From positions 4,716-68,715 of the forward strand of contig JANRKA010000084.1 of assembly GCA_033875325.1 (NCBI GenBank): a stretch of 64,000 nt of DNA. The letters are read 5' to 3'. A program made the translations under genes and the position numbers. Within the stretch, counting starts at the first letter, position 1. The number at the start of each line of letters is the position of its first letter. Below, piece by piece: positions 36,465-48,588 of the stretch. The notes under the pieces are model-generated. The model made no database searches and had not been told where the DNA came from. It saw only the letters and a program-made list of their open reading frames with translations. This DNA is from Elusimicrobiota bacterium. GTDB taxonomy: Bacteria > Elusimicrobiota > Elusimicrobia > UBA1565 > UBA9628.

Positions 36465-38602
36465 AGCGCGCGCTGATCGTGTCGGCGATGGAGAACGTGG
36501 CCCTGCAGACCATGCGGGCGCTGGGCGAGGACGGCGTCGCCTGCGTGCTGGCCGGCGTCGGCCCCGGGCGCGTGCCGCGCGCCTCGCGTTACTGCGCCGA
36601 CTACGCCTCGGTCGCCGCTTCGGAGGAGGCGCTCGCCTTGGGTTCGCCCGAAACGCTCGACGCGATCGTCGAGCTGGCGCAGAGCAGCGGCGCCGAGGCC
36701 GTCCTCCCCGTGGACGTGGCGGGCGGCCGCCTGGCCCCGCGCCTGCGCGAGCGGCTGCCCGGGCTGCTCTTCCTGCCCACACCGCCGCCCGAGGCGCTGG
36801 CGCTCAACGACAAGTGGGCCTTCTCCCGCTTCGTCGCGGGCCTGGGCCTGCCCCAGCCCGGCACCTGGCGCGTGGAGACGCTCGAGCAGGCCCTGGCCCT
36901 GCCTTTGCCCCTCATCCTCAAGCCCCTCGACGACGCGGGCGGGCGCGGGATCGTCGTCGCGCGCGACGCGGCCGCGCTGCGCGCCGCCTTGGCGCCCGGG
37001 GGCTTGCGCCTGCCCTGCCTCGCGCAGGAGTTCCTGCCCGGCGACGAGGTGAGCATGAGTTTCTGCGCCGACGAGGGGCGCCTGCTCTCTTGGACCATCC
37101 ATATCCGCCGCCCGGGCGGCGTGCTCGAGGACCTCGACGACCCGCGCGTGACCGAGTTGGGGCGCAAGGTGCTCGCGGCCGTGCGCTACCGCGGCATCGG
37201 CAACCTCGACATGCGTTACCCCTCGGAGGGCCCCTCGCGCGTGTTGCTCATCGAGTGCAACCCGCGCGTGTGGGGCAGCTTCGCCTACGCCCGCGCCATC
37301 GGCGCCGACATGCTCGTGCCCGCGCTGGCCCTGGCGCGCGGGGAAAAACCCGCGCCGCGCGCCGCACCGCCCGTGGGTTTCTGCCCCGGCCTGGTGGGCA
37401 CGGCGCGCGGGCTGCTCGCCGGGCGCTCCTCGGGCGCCGCGGGGGCGTCCTATCTGCGCACCAAACTCGCCGACCCGGGTCCGGAGCTCGCGAAAGCCGC
37501 CCGCATCGCCTTGCGCCGCGCCTCGGACCGCGACGAGCGCCGCGTGCTCGTCCTGGCGGCGATGGAGAACCTCGCGCTGTCGGTCATCCGCACCTTGGGC
37601 GCGAAGGGCTGCCGCGTGACCGTGGCCGGGGCGGGCGAGGGACGCCTGGTGAGGCTGTCGCGCCATTGCGCGGAGTTCATCCCCATCGCGCGGGACGCGG
37701 CGGAGCTGGCGGCGGCGGGCCCGGAGGTCGTCGCCGCCGCCGCGCGCGCGGCCGCGCGCAGCGGCTCGGAGCTCGTGGTGCCTTCCGACGTCCCGGGCGC
37801 CCTTCTCGCGCACGCGCTCGAACCGCGCCTGCCCGGCGTCGCGTTTTTCCCGTCGCCCGACCCCGCCGTGCTGCGGCGCATGGACGACAAGTGGGCCTTC
37901 TACGGCTTTCTGGGCGAACACGGCCTGCCGTCTCCCAAAACCTGGCGCGTGGACGGGCCCTCGCCGGAGGGCCTGCCGCTGCCGGTGGTCATCAAGCCCC
38001 TCGCCGACTCGGGCGGGCGCGGCGTGGCCGTCCATCACACGGCCGCCGAACGCGACGCGCGCGTCGCGGCGGGGCCGCACCCGCTCCTGGCCCAGGCGTT
38101 CGTGGACGGCCAGGACGTGGACCTCAGCTTCCTGGCCGACCGCGGCCGGCTCGTGGCATGGTCGGTGCAGGTGCGGGAAGCCGGCGCCGTGGTCTACATC
38201 GACGACCCGGCCGTCGTGGACATCGGGCGGCGCCTGGCCGCGGCTTCGGGCTACCATGGCCTGGCGCACATAGACATGCGTTACGACGGCCCGGGCCGCG
38301 AAAAGGTCGTGGTCATCGAGTGCAACCCGCGGTTCTGGGGCACCTTCCAGTACACGCTCGGCCTGGGCGTGGACTTCCTCGGCTTGGGCCTGGAGATGGC
38401 GCGCGGCGCTGCGCCCGCGCCCATCGCCGCCGCGCCGGTCGGCGCGTGTTTCGGCCTGTGGGGGACGCTGCGCCGTCTGGCGCGCGGCCGTCCCGTGACC
38501 GCCGCGTCCCGGGTGTACCTCTGCCAGAAACTGGGCGACCCCGGCCCGGAGCTGCGCAAAGGCACGCGCGCCCTGCTGGGCATCCGGGAGGACGGGCCGT
38601 GA
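36461..38602 (+). CDS. Tandem double ATP-grasp protein (modules 2 and 3 fused in one frame)
   Basis: GTG 36461 (GTGA overlap). There is no stop codon before 38600. Two full copies of the module are present (NDKWAFSRF...IECNPRVWGSF and DDKWAFYGF...IECNPRFWGTF). The junction reads ...RRASDRDERRVLVLAAMEN with an in-frame GTG at 37544. Confidence 0.7.
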   Translation: MKRALIVSAMENVALQTMRALGEDGVACVLAGVGPGRVPRASRYCADYASVAASEEALALGSPETLDAIVELAQSSGAEAVLPVDVAGGRLAPRLRERLPGLLFLPTPPPEALALNDKWAFSRFVAGLGLPQPGTWRVETLEQALALPLPLILKPLDDAGGRGIVVARDAAALRAALAPGGLRLPCLAQEFLPGDEVSMSFCADEGRLLSWTIHIRRPGGVLEDLDDPRVTELGRKVLAAVRYRGIGNLDMRYPSEGPSRVLLIECNPRVWGSFAYARAIGADMLVPALALARGEKPAPRAAPPVGFCPGLVGTARGLLAGRSSGAAGASYLRTKLADPGPELAKAARIALRRASDRDERRVLVLAAMENLALSVIRTLGAKGCRVTVAGAGEGRLVRLSRHCAEFIPIARDAAELAAAGPEVVAAAARAAARSGSELVVPSDVPGALLAHALEPRLPGVAFFPSPDPAVLRRMDDKWAFYGFLGEHGLPSPKTWRVDGPSPEGLPLPVVIKPLADSGGRGVAVHHTAAERDARVAAGPHPLLAQAFVDGQDVDLSFLADRGRLVAWSVQVREAGAVVYIDDPAVVDIGRRLAAASGYHGLAHIDMRYDGPGREKVVVIECNPRFWGTFQYTLGLGVDFLGLGLEMARGAAPAPIAAAPVGACFGLWGTLRRLARGRPVTAASRVYLCQKLGDPGPELRKGTRALLGIREDGP

Positions 38603-39588
38603 GCGCCGCCGTCGGCCTCGTCGTCATCGGCCGCAACGAGGGCGCTCGCCTGGAGCGCGCGCTGCGTTCGGGTTTGGACGCGGGGCTGCCCGTGGTCTAC
38701 GCCGACTCGGCGTCCACCGACGGCAGCGCCGAACGCGCCGAGGCGTTGGGCGCCATCGTCGCGCGGCTGGACCCGTCGCGGCCCTTCGGCGCGGCGCGCG
38801 GCCGCCATGAGGGCTTCGCCCGGCTCCTGGAGGCGCACCCCGCGCTCGAGGCCGTGCAGTTCCTCGACGGCGACTGCGAGCTCGAGCCGGGCTGGCTGGA
38901 GACGGGCCTTGCGGCCCTGCGCGCCGACCCGCGGCTCGGCGGGGTGTGGGGCACACGCGTGGAGCGCGAGCCGGGCTCGACGATTTTCCACGAGCAGCTG
39001 GAGCTGGAGTGGCGCATCCCGGCCGGTCCCGCGACCTGGTTCTGCGGCGACGCGCTCATCCGCGCGGCGGCCTACCGCGAGTCGGGGGGCTTCGATCCCG
39101 CCCTCGTGTCGGGCGAGGAGTCGGACCTGTGCGTGCGGCTGAGGGCCAAGGGTTGGTCTTTGCTCAAGCTCGACGCGCCCATGTCGCGCCACGAGGCGGG
39201 GGAGTTCGGCTTCTCCCAATGGTGGCGGCGCGCCCAACGCACCGGCACGAGTTACGCGGTCGCCACGGCCAAACACGGCGGCCTGCGCGCGTCGTACCGG
39301 GCCCGCAAGATCGTCCGCATCGCGGTCTGGGCGGGTCTGGTCCCGGCGCTCGCCCTGGGCGGCGCGCCGTTCACGAAGGGGGCCTCCTTGCTCCTACTCG
39401 TTGCCTACCCCGCGTTGGCGTGGCGGGCGCGCCGCGAGGGCCGCGGCCAGGGACTCTCCGGGCGGGCGTTGACGGTGTACGCGCTGTTCACCGTGCTCAA
39501 CCGCTTCCCGCAGTTGCTGGGCGTGTTGGCGGTTTGGCTGGGCGTGGACCGGCGCCGCGCCGGGGCCTACCTCTACAAGGAACGATAG
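38599..39588 (+). CDS. Glycosyltransferase family 2 with C-terminal TM segments
   Basis: GTG 38599 (GTGA overlap). Blocks VVIGRNEGARL, YADSASTDGS, QFLDGDC and SGEESDLCVRL are present. Confidence 0.75.
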   Translation: MSAAVGLVVIGRNEGARLERALRSGLDAGLPVVYADSASTDGSAERAEALGAIVARLDPSRPFGAARGRHEGFARLLEAHPALEAVQFLDGDCELEPGWLETGLAALRADPRLGGVWGTRVEREPGSTIFHEQLELEWRIPAGPATWFCGDALIRAAAYRESGGFDPALVSGEESDLCVRLRAKGWSLLKLDAPMSRHEAGEFGFSQWWRRAQRTGTSYAVATAKHGGLRASYRARKIVRIAVWAGLVPALALGGAPFTKGASLLLLVAYPALAWRARREGRGQGLSGRALTVYALFTVLNRFPQLLGVLAVWLGVDRRRAGAYLYKER

Positions 39589-40724
39589 ACGGCTTCGGTG
39601 CGCCGCGCGATGGCGTCGACGCCGAAGAGCTCGGCGCGAGAAAGCGACGCCTCGCGCATGCGCCCGGCCAGCGCGGGGTCCTCCAGCAGCTTGAGCACGG
39701 CCGCCGCGTAGTCGTCCGGCAGCGAGGAGCGCACCAGCAGGCCGGTCTCGCCGTCGGCCACCACCTCGGGGATGCCGTCCACGGCCGCCGCGACCTGGGG
39801 CACGCCCGCGGCCATCGCCTCGATGAGCACGCCGCCCAGCGCCTCGCGCTCGCTGGGCAGGACCAGGACGGAGAAGTTCTGCAGGAGCCGGTAGGCGTCG
39901 GCGCGGTAGCCGGTGAAGACGACGCGCCCGCTCAGTCCGAGCTCCGCGGCGAGCAGGCGCAGCCCCTGCTCGTAGGCGTCGGGGCCGTCGCGGCGCGCGC
40001 CGTAGGGTCCGCCGACGAGGACGAACCAGGCCTTGGGGCGGCGCGCGGCGACGAGCGCCGCCATGCGCAGGAACAGGTCCGGGCGCTTGCGCGGGTCGAG
40101 CGCCGCCAGGAAACCCACGACCTCGGCGTCGCCCGGGACGCCCAACGCCGCGACGGCGGCGCGCTCGCGGGGCAGGGCCTTGAGCGCGGCCGTGTCGCGG
40201 GCGGAGGGCAGTATGACCATGCGCCGGTCGAGCGAGGCGCGCCACCAGTCCGGCGCGCCTTCGTACCAGGGCGCCACGGCCCCGCTCGAGACGGACAGCA
40301 GCCGGTCGGGACGGGCGAGCAGCCAGCGCCGCAGGCCCGTCGGCACGCCTTTGGCGTGCATGCGCTCGCGTTGGACGAGTTTGACCCCGGCGAGGCGGCA
40401 GGCGGCCCAACTCGCGGCCAACAGGTCGTATTTGACGCGGTTGAGCTCGAGGATGTCGACGCGTTCGCGCCTCAGCCACGCCGCCAGGCGGGGCACGGCC
40501 GCGACCGCCCGCCACGGGCGGCCCAACCCGGCGAGCCACTCCAGGCGGTCCACGGCCAGGCCTTTGGCGCGGGCCGCGTCCTCGAGGGGGCCCGGCTCCA
40601 GCGTGACCAGGCGCGCCGAGACGACGGCCGGGTCGAGTCGCGCGAGCGATTCCAGCATGGACAGCCCCGCGCCGAAGAGCTGGGAGAGATGGGAGACGCA
40701 GGCCAGGCGCAGCGGAGCGGGCAC
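39573..40724 (-). CDS. Glycosyltransferase family 4
   Basis: GTG 40724 has TATACT 6 nt upstream. The EX7E region is LPSEREALGGVLIEAMAAGVP. Confidence 0.8.
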   Translation of the reverse strand: MPAPLRLACVSHLSQLFGAGLSMLESLARLDPAVVSARLVTLEPGPLEDAARAKGLAVDRLEWLAGLGRPWRAVAAVPRLAAWLRRERVDILELNRVKYDLLAASWAACRLAGVKLVQRERMHAKGVPTGLRRWLLARPDRLLSVSSGAVAPWYEGAPDWWRASLDRRMVILPSARDTAALKALPRERAAVAALGVPGDAEVVGFLAALDPRKRPDLFLRMAALVAARRPKAWFVLVGGPYGARRDGPDAYEQGLRLLAAELGLSGRVVFTGYRADAYRLLQNFSVLVLPSEREALGGVLIEAMAAGVPQVAAAVDGIPEVVADGETGLLVRSSLPDDYAAAVLKLLEDPALAGRMREASLSRAELFGVDAIARRTEAVYRSL

Positions 40725-40810
40725 CGGGGCAGTATAAAGTAGGCCTTTTGGTCCCGCAAGGGGGGTCGGACGACCCTGGGAAGGTCCGGCCGTTCCCTTA
40801 TCCTATGGGC

Positions 40811-42732
40811 ATGACCCATCAATCCATCCCTAAATGCTACGATGCGCCCGCCATGACCGAACGCAACACCGCCACGCTGTTGCGCCGCCTGGCCGTCGTC
40901 GGCGCGGACCTGATGCTGGTGCTCGCCGCCTACCTCGCGGCCTTCGTCCTGCGCTTCGACGGCCTTCCTGAAGCCAACTTCGCGCTGGCCTTGGTCAAGA
41001 CCTGGCCCGTGGTCCTCGTCACCCATCTCCTGACCTCGTATTACTTCGGGGTCAACCGCGGCCTGCGCCACTACGCGAGCTTCGGCGACATCGTCAACAT
41101 CGGCAAGGCGGTGGGCGCCGCCGGCCTCATCTACGGCGCCGTCATCCTCGCCATGACCCAGGGCAAGTTCCCGCGCTCGGTCCTGCTCATGACGCCCATC
41201 CTCTCCATGTTCGTCATCTGCGCGCTCCACGCGGCGGTCCGCTACGCCAAGGAGCTGCTCCCGGCCAACGGCCGCTCCCGCATGAAGGTCCGCACCGTGA
41301 TCATCGTGGGCGCGGGCGACCTCGGCGAGCTCGTCTACCGCCAGATGCGCACGCACGACGACGTCGAGTACCGCATCGTCTCCTTCATCGACGAGGACGC
41401 CTCCAAGTGGGGCATGCGCCTGCACGGCGTGCCCGTGGCCGGCGGCATGGCCATGCTCGCCGACCTGCTCGGTCGCCGCCCGGTGGACGAGATCGTCGTG
41501 GCCGTGTCCCAGCGCCGCGGCGACGTGGTCGCCCGCGTGGCCGAGGCCCTGCGCGACCTCAAGCAGCGCCCCGAGATCAAGATCGTGCCCGGGCTCGACG
41601 AGATGATGCGCTCGCAGGCCTCCTCGGCCAACCCGCGCAAGGTCCAGCCCGCCGACCTGCTCAACCGCAAGGAAGTGCGCCTGGACGCCGCGCGCATCGC
41701 CCGCTCCATCGAGGGCAAGGTCGTCCTCATCTCCGGCGCCGGCGGCACCATCGGCGGCGAGCTCTCGCGCCAGGTCGCCGACTACAAGCCGCGCACCATC
41801 CTCCTCCTCGAGAACCACGCCACCGCGCTGTTCTACCGCGAGGCCGAGGTGCGCGAGCGCGCCCCGGGCGTCGAGGTGGTGGGCGTGTTGGGCGACGTGC
41901 GCGACCAGGCCCTGCTCGACCGCGTCTTCAAGATGTACCGGCCGCAGGCGGTGTTCCACGCCGCGGCGCACAAACACGTCCTCCAGCTCGAGAACAACCC
42001 GCACGAGGGCGTCAACAACAACGTCATCGGCACCTACCGCCTGGCGACGATGGCCGACAAATACGGGGCCGAGAGCTTCCTGCTCATCTCCACCGACAAG
42101 GCCGTGCGCCCCTCCTGCGTGATGGGCGCGGCCAAACGCGCCGCCGAGATGGTGGTCACCGACTTCGCGCGCCGCTCCAAGACCCGCTTCGTGGCCGTGC
42201 GTTTCGGCAACGTCCTGGGCTCCTCGGGCTCGGTGCTCAAGATCTTCCAGGAGCAGATCGAGCTGGGCCGCCCCATCACCATCACCCACCCCGACGTGAC
42301 GCGTTTCTTCATGACCGTGGAGGAGGCCGTCGGCCTCGTGCTCCAGTCCAGCGCCATGGCCAAGGGCGGCGAGGTCTTCGTCCTCAACATGGGCAAGCCG
42401 GTGCGCATCATGGACATGGCGCGCAACCTCATCCTGCTCTCGGGCCTGGAGCCGGGCAAAGACGTCGAGATCCGCATCACCGGCCTCAAGACCGGCGAGA
42501 AGCTCAACGAGGAACTCGTCGAGGACCCCGCCGGCGAGGAGCCCTCCGAGCACCCCGACATCACCGTCTTGCGCGCCGAGAACAAGCCCATCGAGGCGCT
42601 CGAAGACCGGCTCCTGGAGTTGGAGCTCATGAGCCGCGGCAACGACAAGCTCGCGATGATCCGCAAGCTCGCGGCCTTCGTGCCGACCTTCACCGCGGAC
42701 CCCGTCCACGGGGACGCCGCCGCCGAGACCGC

Positions 42733-42736
<4 letters not shown>
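40811..42736 (+). CDS. Membrane-anchored nucleotide-sugar 4,6-dehydratase (CapD/WbpM/PglF family)
   Basis: N-terminal TM segments, two Rossmann motifs (IIVGAGDLGE; LISGAGGTIGGEL) and the block STDKAVRPSCVMGAAKR. I chose ATG 40811 because TATCCT lies 6 nt upstream. ATG 40853 (MTERN) is an alternative start. Confidence 0.85.
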
Positions 42737-45242
<2,506 letters not shown>

Positions 45243-45246
<4 letters not shown>

Positions 45247-45707
45247 TCGCGCCAGCCGCGGCGGATGAGGGCCTCGAGGCCCTCCTTGAGCGTCGCCAGG
45301 CAGCGCACGAACTCCGCGTCGGGCCGCCCCATCGGGTCGTCCACGTCGCGCTCGCCCAGTCCGGCCTGCTCCAGGAAGAGACGCGTCTTGGCGCCGAACT
45401 CGGGGAAACGGTCCACGAGGAAGTCCTGGTGGGCGCGGGTCATGGCGAGCACGAGGTCGGCGCCGCGCAAGGTCTCGCGGGTCGCCAGGCGGGCCTTGTG
45501 CTCGAAGGGCGGCACGCCTTCGGCGAGCAGGAGGCGGCGGGCGACGGAGGGCATCTCGTACCAGGGCTCGGCGGCGACGCCGCACGAGGAGAGCTCCAGG
45601 CCCAGGCCGCGCTGGGCCGACCAATGGCGCAGCAGGTGTTCGGCCATGGCCGAGCGGCAGATGTTTCCCGTGCAGACGAAGGCGACGCGTTTCACGCCCG
45701 ACATCAT
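45243..45707 (-). CDS. Low-molecular-weight protein-tyrosine phosphatase (Wzb-like)
   Basis: The P-loop VAFVCTGNICRSAMAE is present and the size fits the family. ATGA-type overlap with the upstream gene. Confidence 0.85.
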
Positions 45708-46396
45708 AACTTAGCGCGGAGGGTCAAAACGGCGTCGTCCCGGCGCTCGGCGAGGTGCTCGACGAGCGCGGCCAGGTAGAGGCTCACGCCGAGCATCTCG
45801 AAGAGTTCCTCCAAGTGGTAGCAGAGGGTGTAGAGCGGGGCGGTCCTGTCGTCGGTGAGGGAGAAGGCCTTGGCGCCGACCATCTCCATGCCCACGGCGC
45901 CGCCGACGTAGAGCGCGTCGGCCAGCAGCAGCTGGTTGCGGCGGCGCGCCGGCAGCCGCCTGAGCAGGCCGGAGAACGCGAACAGGCAGAGCAACGCGAC
46001 CGCGCCGCCGGGGATGACCCACCCGAAGTAGAAGAAGCCGTCCAGCTCGTTGAGGATGCGCAGGGCCTTGCCGGCGGATTCGTGCATGCCGACCTGCTCG
46101 TCGAGCGAGAGCAGCGCGAAGCCGGCGGCCAGGGCCTTCCAGGCGAGCCCGTCGCGCGTCTTGGCTTCGCCCGCCGCGACCGCCGCCGTCGTCAGCGCCG
46201 CCGCGGCCAGCAGCAGCACGGAGTACCAGGTCGGCAGGCTCTGCTCGAGGCCGACGCCCAACAGCCGGCCCAGGCCCAGGAGCCTGATGCCGAGGCGCTC
46301 CCTGAGGTACCAGGTGGACGCGCTCAGCGCGCCCAGCGTGAGGGCGACGCCGCAGAGCGTGAGCCACACGCGCCGCGGACGCAAGGTGAGCTCCAT
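45704..46396 (-). CDS. Hypothetical polytopic membrane protein
   Basis: It has 5-6 hydrophobic helices. The competing frame 45711..46433 is Arg/Pro-rich shadow. TATACT lies 8 nt upstream of the ATG. Confidence 0.6.
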   Translation of the reverse strand: MELTLRPRRVWLTLCGVALTLGALSASTWYLRERLGIRLLGLGRLLGVGLEQSLPTWYSVLLLAAAALTTAAVAAGEAKTRDGLAWKALAAGFALLSLDEQVGMHESAGKALRILNELDGFFYFGWVIPGGAVALLCLFAFSGLLRRLPARRRNQLLLADALYVGGAVGMEMVGAKAFSLTDDRTAPLYTLCYHLEELFEMLGVSLYLAALVEHLAERRDDAVLTLRAKL

Positions 46397-46426
46397 GGGA
46401 AGGGAGTATAAACCGCTCGCGAGGGC

Positions 46427-46466
46427 TTGACAAGCCGGATATATGTAGCTATAATGGTTACATATA
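46427..46466 (+). promoter_or_regulatory. Consensus sigma70-type promoter with overlapping palindromic operator
   Basis: TTGACA (46427-46432), a 17-nt spacer, then TATAAT (46450-46455). An inverted repeat tatatgta (46440-46447) / tacatata (46459-46466) brackets the -10. The SD gaggagg precedes ATG 46489. Confidence 0.7.
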
Positions 46467-46488
46467 CGGACGACGCGAGGAGGACGCC

Positions 46489-47367
46489 ATGAACAGGAGC
46501 ATCGAGCGCGCGCTGCGGGGCCTGCCGGAGCATTGGGTCGGCGACGGCTTCCGCGTCAGCAACTATTTCCCCGGGGCGACCGAGGCCATGAAGCGCATGA
46601 GTCCGTTCTTCCTGTTGGACTACCACGCGCCCCGCGAATACACGCCCACGGACAAGCGCCGCGGCGTCGGCACGCACCCGCACCGCGGCTTCGAGACGGT
46701 GACCGTCGCCTACAAGGGCTCCATCGCGCACAAGGACAGCGCGGGGTACGGCGGCGTCATCGCCCCGGGCGAAGTGCAGTGGATGACCGCGGGCGGGGGG
46801 GTGCTGCACAACGAGTACCACCACGAGTCCTTCTCCAAGAGCGGCGGCGTCATGCACATGATCCAGCTGTGGGTGAACCTGCCCCGGAAACACAAGCTCA
46901 CCCCGGCCAAGTACCAGGCGCTGACCCTCGCCGACATCCCCGAGGTCGCCGTGCCCAAGGACGGCGGCAAGGTGCGCGTCATCGCCGGCTCCCACGAGGG
47001 GACCAAGGGCCCGGCCGAGACCTTCACGCCCGCGCACATGCTCGACCTGCGCCTGAAGCCCGGCGCGAAGGTCCGCCTCTCCGCGCCCAAGGACTTCAAC
47101 ACCGCGCTGCTCGTGCTCGGGGGGGAGGTGCGCTCCAACGGCTCCAACACCCTCAAGGACGGCGACTTCCTGCTGTTCAAGAACGACGGGACCGAGGTGG
47201 TCGTGGAGGCTCTGACCGAGGCGACGGCGCTGTTCCTCAGCGGCGCGCCCATCGACGAGCCTTTGGTACACTACGGGCCCTTCGTGATGAACACGGTGGA
47301 CGAGATCAACCAGGCCGTCGAGGACTACCGCGACGGCAAGTTCGGCGAGTTGGCGGACGAAGGTTGA
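46489..47367 (+). CDS. Pirin family protein
   Basis: The cupin block GTHPHRGFETVTVAYKGS and the block WMTAGGGVLHNE are present, with a bicupin length. Confidence 0.85.
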   Translation: MNRSIERALRGLPEHWVGDGFRVSNYFPGATEAMKRMSPFFLLDYHAPREYTPTDKRRGVGTHPHRGFETVTVAYKGSIAHKDSAGYGGVIAPGEVQWMTAGGGVLHNEYHHESFSKSGGVMHMIQLWVNLPRKHKLTPAKYQALTLADIPEVAVPKDGGKVRVIAGSHEGTKGPAETFTPAHMLDLRLKPGAKVRLSAPKDFNTALLVLGGEVRSNGSNTLKDGDFLLFKNDGTEVVVEALTEATALFLSGAPIDEPLVHYGPFVMNTVDEINQAVEDYRDGKFGELADEG

Positions 47368-48332
47368 GTCCGCGGCTCAAACGCGGCCTGGCCGCGGCCG
47401 TCCTGCTATCGCCTCTCGCGCTGGCGGCGGCGGTGGCGCTCAACGTCCGCCTGCGCGAGACCTTGGACCGCCGCCAGGCCGCGCCGCCGGAGGGCCGCTT
47501 CGTGCCCGCCGGGGATGTCGAGCTGTTCGTGAGCGAGTGGGGCCCGCCCGGCGCGCCCGTCGTCCTCTTCACCCACGGCATGGGCGCCTGGAGCGGCCTG
47601 TGGGGCCTGGCGTTGGGCTCGGCCTGCCGAGAAGTGCGCTGCGTGGCCGTGGACCAGAGCCCGTTCGGCTATTCCCAGCGCCCCGCCGATTCTTCCTATG
47701 ACCGCGGCGCCTCGGCGCGCCGCCTGTGGGCGTTGGCCGACTCCCTGGGAGCCGAGAAGGTCTCCATCGTCGGCCACTCCTTCGGCGGGGGCGCCGCCGC
47801 CGAGGCGGCCTTGCTCCATCCCGAACGCGTCCGCCGCCTCGTGCTCATCGCCCCGGCCCTGGGCCTGGGCGCGCCGCCGGCCGCGCCCGGCGTCGCCGGC
47901 GCGCTGCTCAAGCGTCCCGCCGTCGCGCGTCTCGTCGTCGCCGCGACCTTGGCCAACCCGCTCCTGCAGCGCCGCGGCCTGGCCCGCTTCATGGCCGACC
48001 CGTCCCGCGCCACCCCGGCGATGGCCGCCGTTTTGCGCCGCCCGCTGTACTCGAAGGGCTTCGTCGCGGGCCTGGCCGACTGGCTGCCCCGCTTCCTGTT
48101 CGACGCCGAGACCGGCCTCAGCGCCGACCCCAAGTCCTACGCCCGCCTGACCATGCCGACCCTGTTGGTGTGGGGGGACCGCGACACGACCACGCCCCTG
48201 CCCCAAGGCGAGGCCCTGAAAGCCCTCATCCCCGGGTCGCGCCTGGAAATCCTGCCGGGCATCGGCCACATGCCCCAACTCGAATCACCGGCCGCGGTCC
48301 AGGCGCTGCTCGCCGCCCACCTCGCGCCTTAG
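47364..48332 (+). CDS. Alpha/beta hydrolase (secreted or membrane-anchored)
   Basis: TTG 47364 (TTGA overlap). It has an N-terminal hydrophobic segment, the oxyanion block LFTHGMG, the nucleophile elbow GHSFGG, and C-terminal GIGHMPQLE. Confidence 0.75.
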   Translation: MSPRLKRGLAAAVLLSPLALAAAVALNVRLRETLDRRQAAPPEGRFVPAGDVELFVSEWGPPGAPVVLFTHGMGAWSGLWGLALGSACREVRCVAVDQSPFGYSQRPADSSYDRGASARRLWALADSLGAEKVSIVGHSFGGGAAAEAALLHPERVRRLVLIAPALGLGAPPAAPGVAGALLKRPAVARLVVAATLANPLLQRRGLARFMADPSRATPAMAAVLRRPLYSKGFVAGLADWLPRFLFDAETGLSADPKSYARLTMPTLLVWGDRDTTTPLPQGEALKALIPGSRLEILPGIGHMPQLESPAAVQALLAAHLAP

Positions 48333-48487
48333 GCGCGTTTGAGGGCGGCTTCGACGGCGCCGAGCGTGACGCCGGTCTCGAGCGCGACGCGCCCGAGCAG
48401 CTCCCGCCGCCCCAGGCCGCGCCCGAGCAGCTTGCCGGCCGCGTCCATCTCCTGCCACCTCGCCATCGCCTTGCGGATGCGGACCAT
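48329..48487 (-). CDS. Small hypothetical protein (weak call)
   Basis: I kept only the part of track ORF 48329..48625 that does not collide with the tRNA promoter and gene (MVRIRKAMARWQEMD...). There is no clear RBS or -10. Confidence 0.25.
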   Translation of the reverse strand: MVRIRKAMARWQEMDAAGKLLGRGLGRRELLGRVALETGVTLGAVEAALKRA

Positions 48488-48553
48488 CTCGTCGCGGGTA
48501 CCGGCCGGGGTCGTGTTCACGCCCCAAGTGTAGCCTTTATCGCCGCTGAGGTG

Positions 48554-48583
48554 TTGCCTTGTCAAGCCGCGGTGTGTTATACT
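48554..48583 (+). promoter_or_regulatory. tRNA promoter with extended -10
   Basis: TTGCCT, an 18-nt spacer, then TGtTATACT. The -10 ends 5 nt before the first tRNA base. Confidence 0.6.
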
Positions 48584-48588
48584 CCTTC

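Noticed and set aside
36461-38602. The possibility that ATP-grasp modules 2 and 3 are two separate genes.
   Set aside because: There is no stop codon in frame between them, so as sequenced they form one ORF. An internal GTG (37544) could still give a separate product, so this is flagged in the findings and not split.
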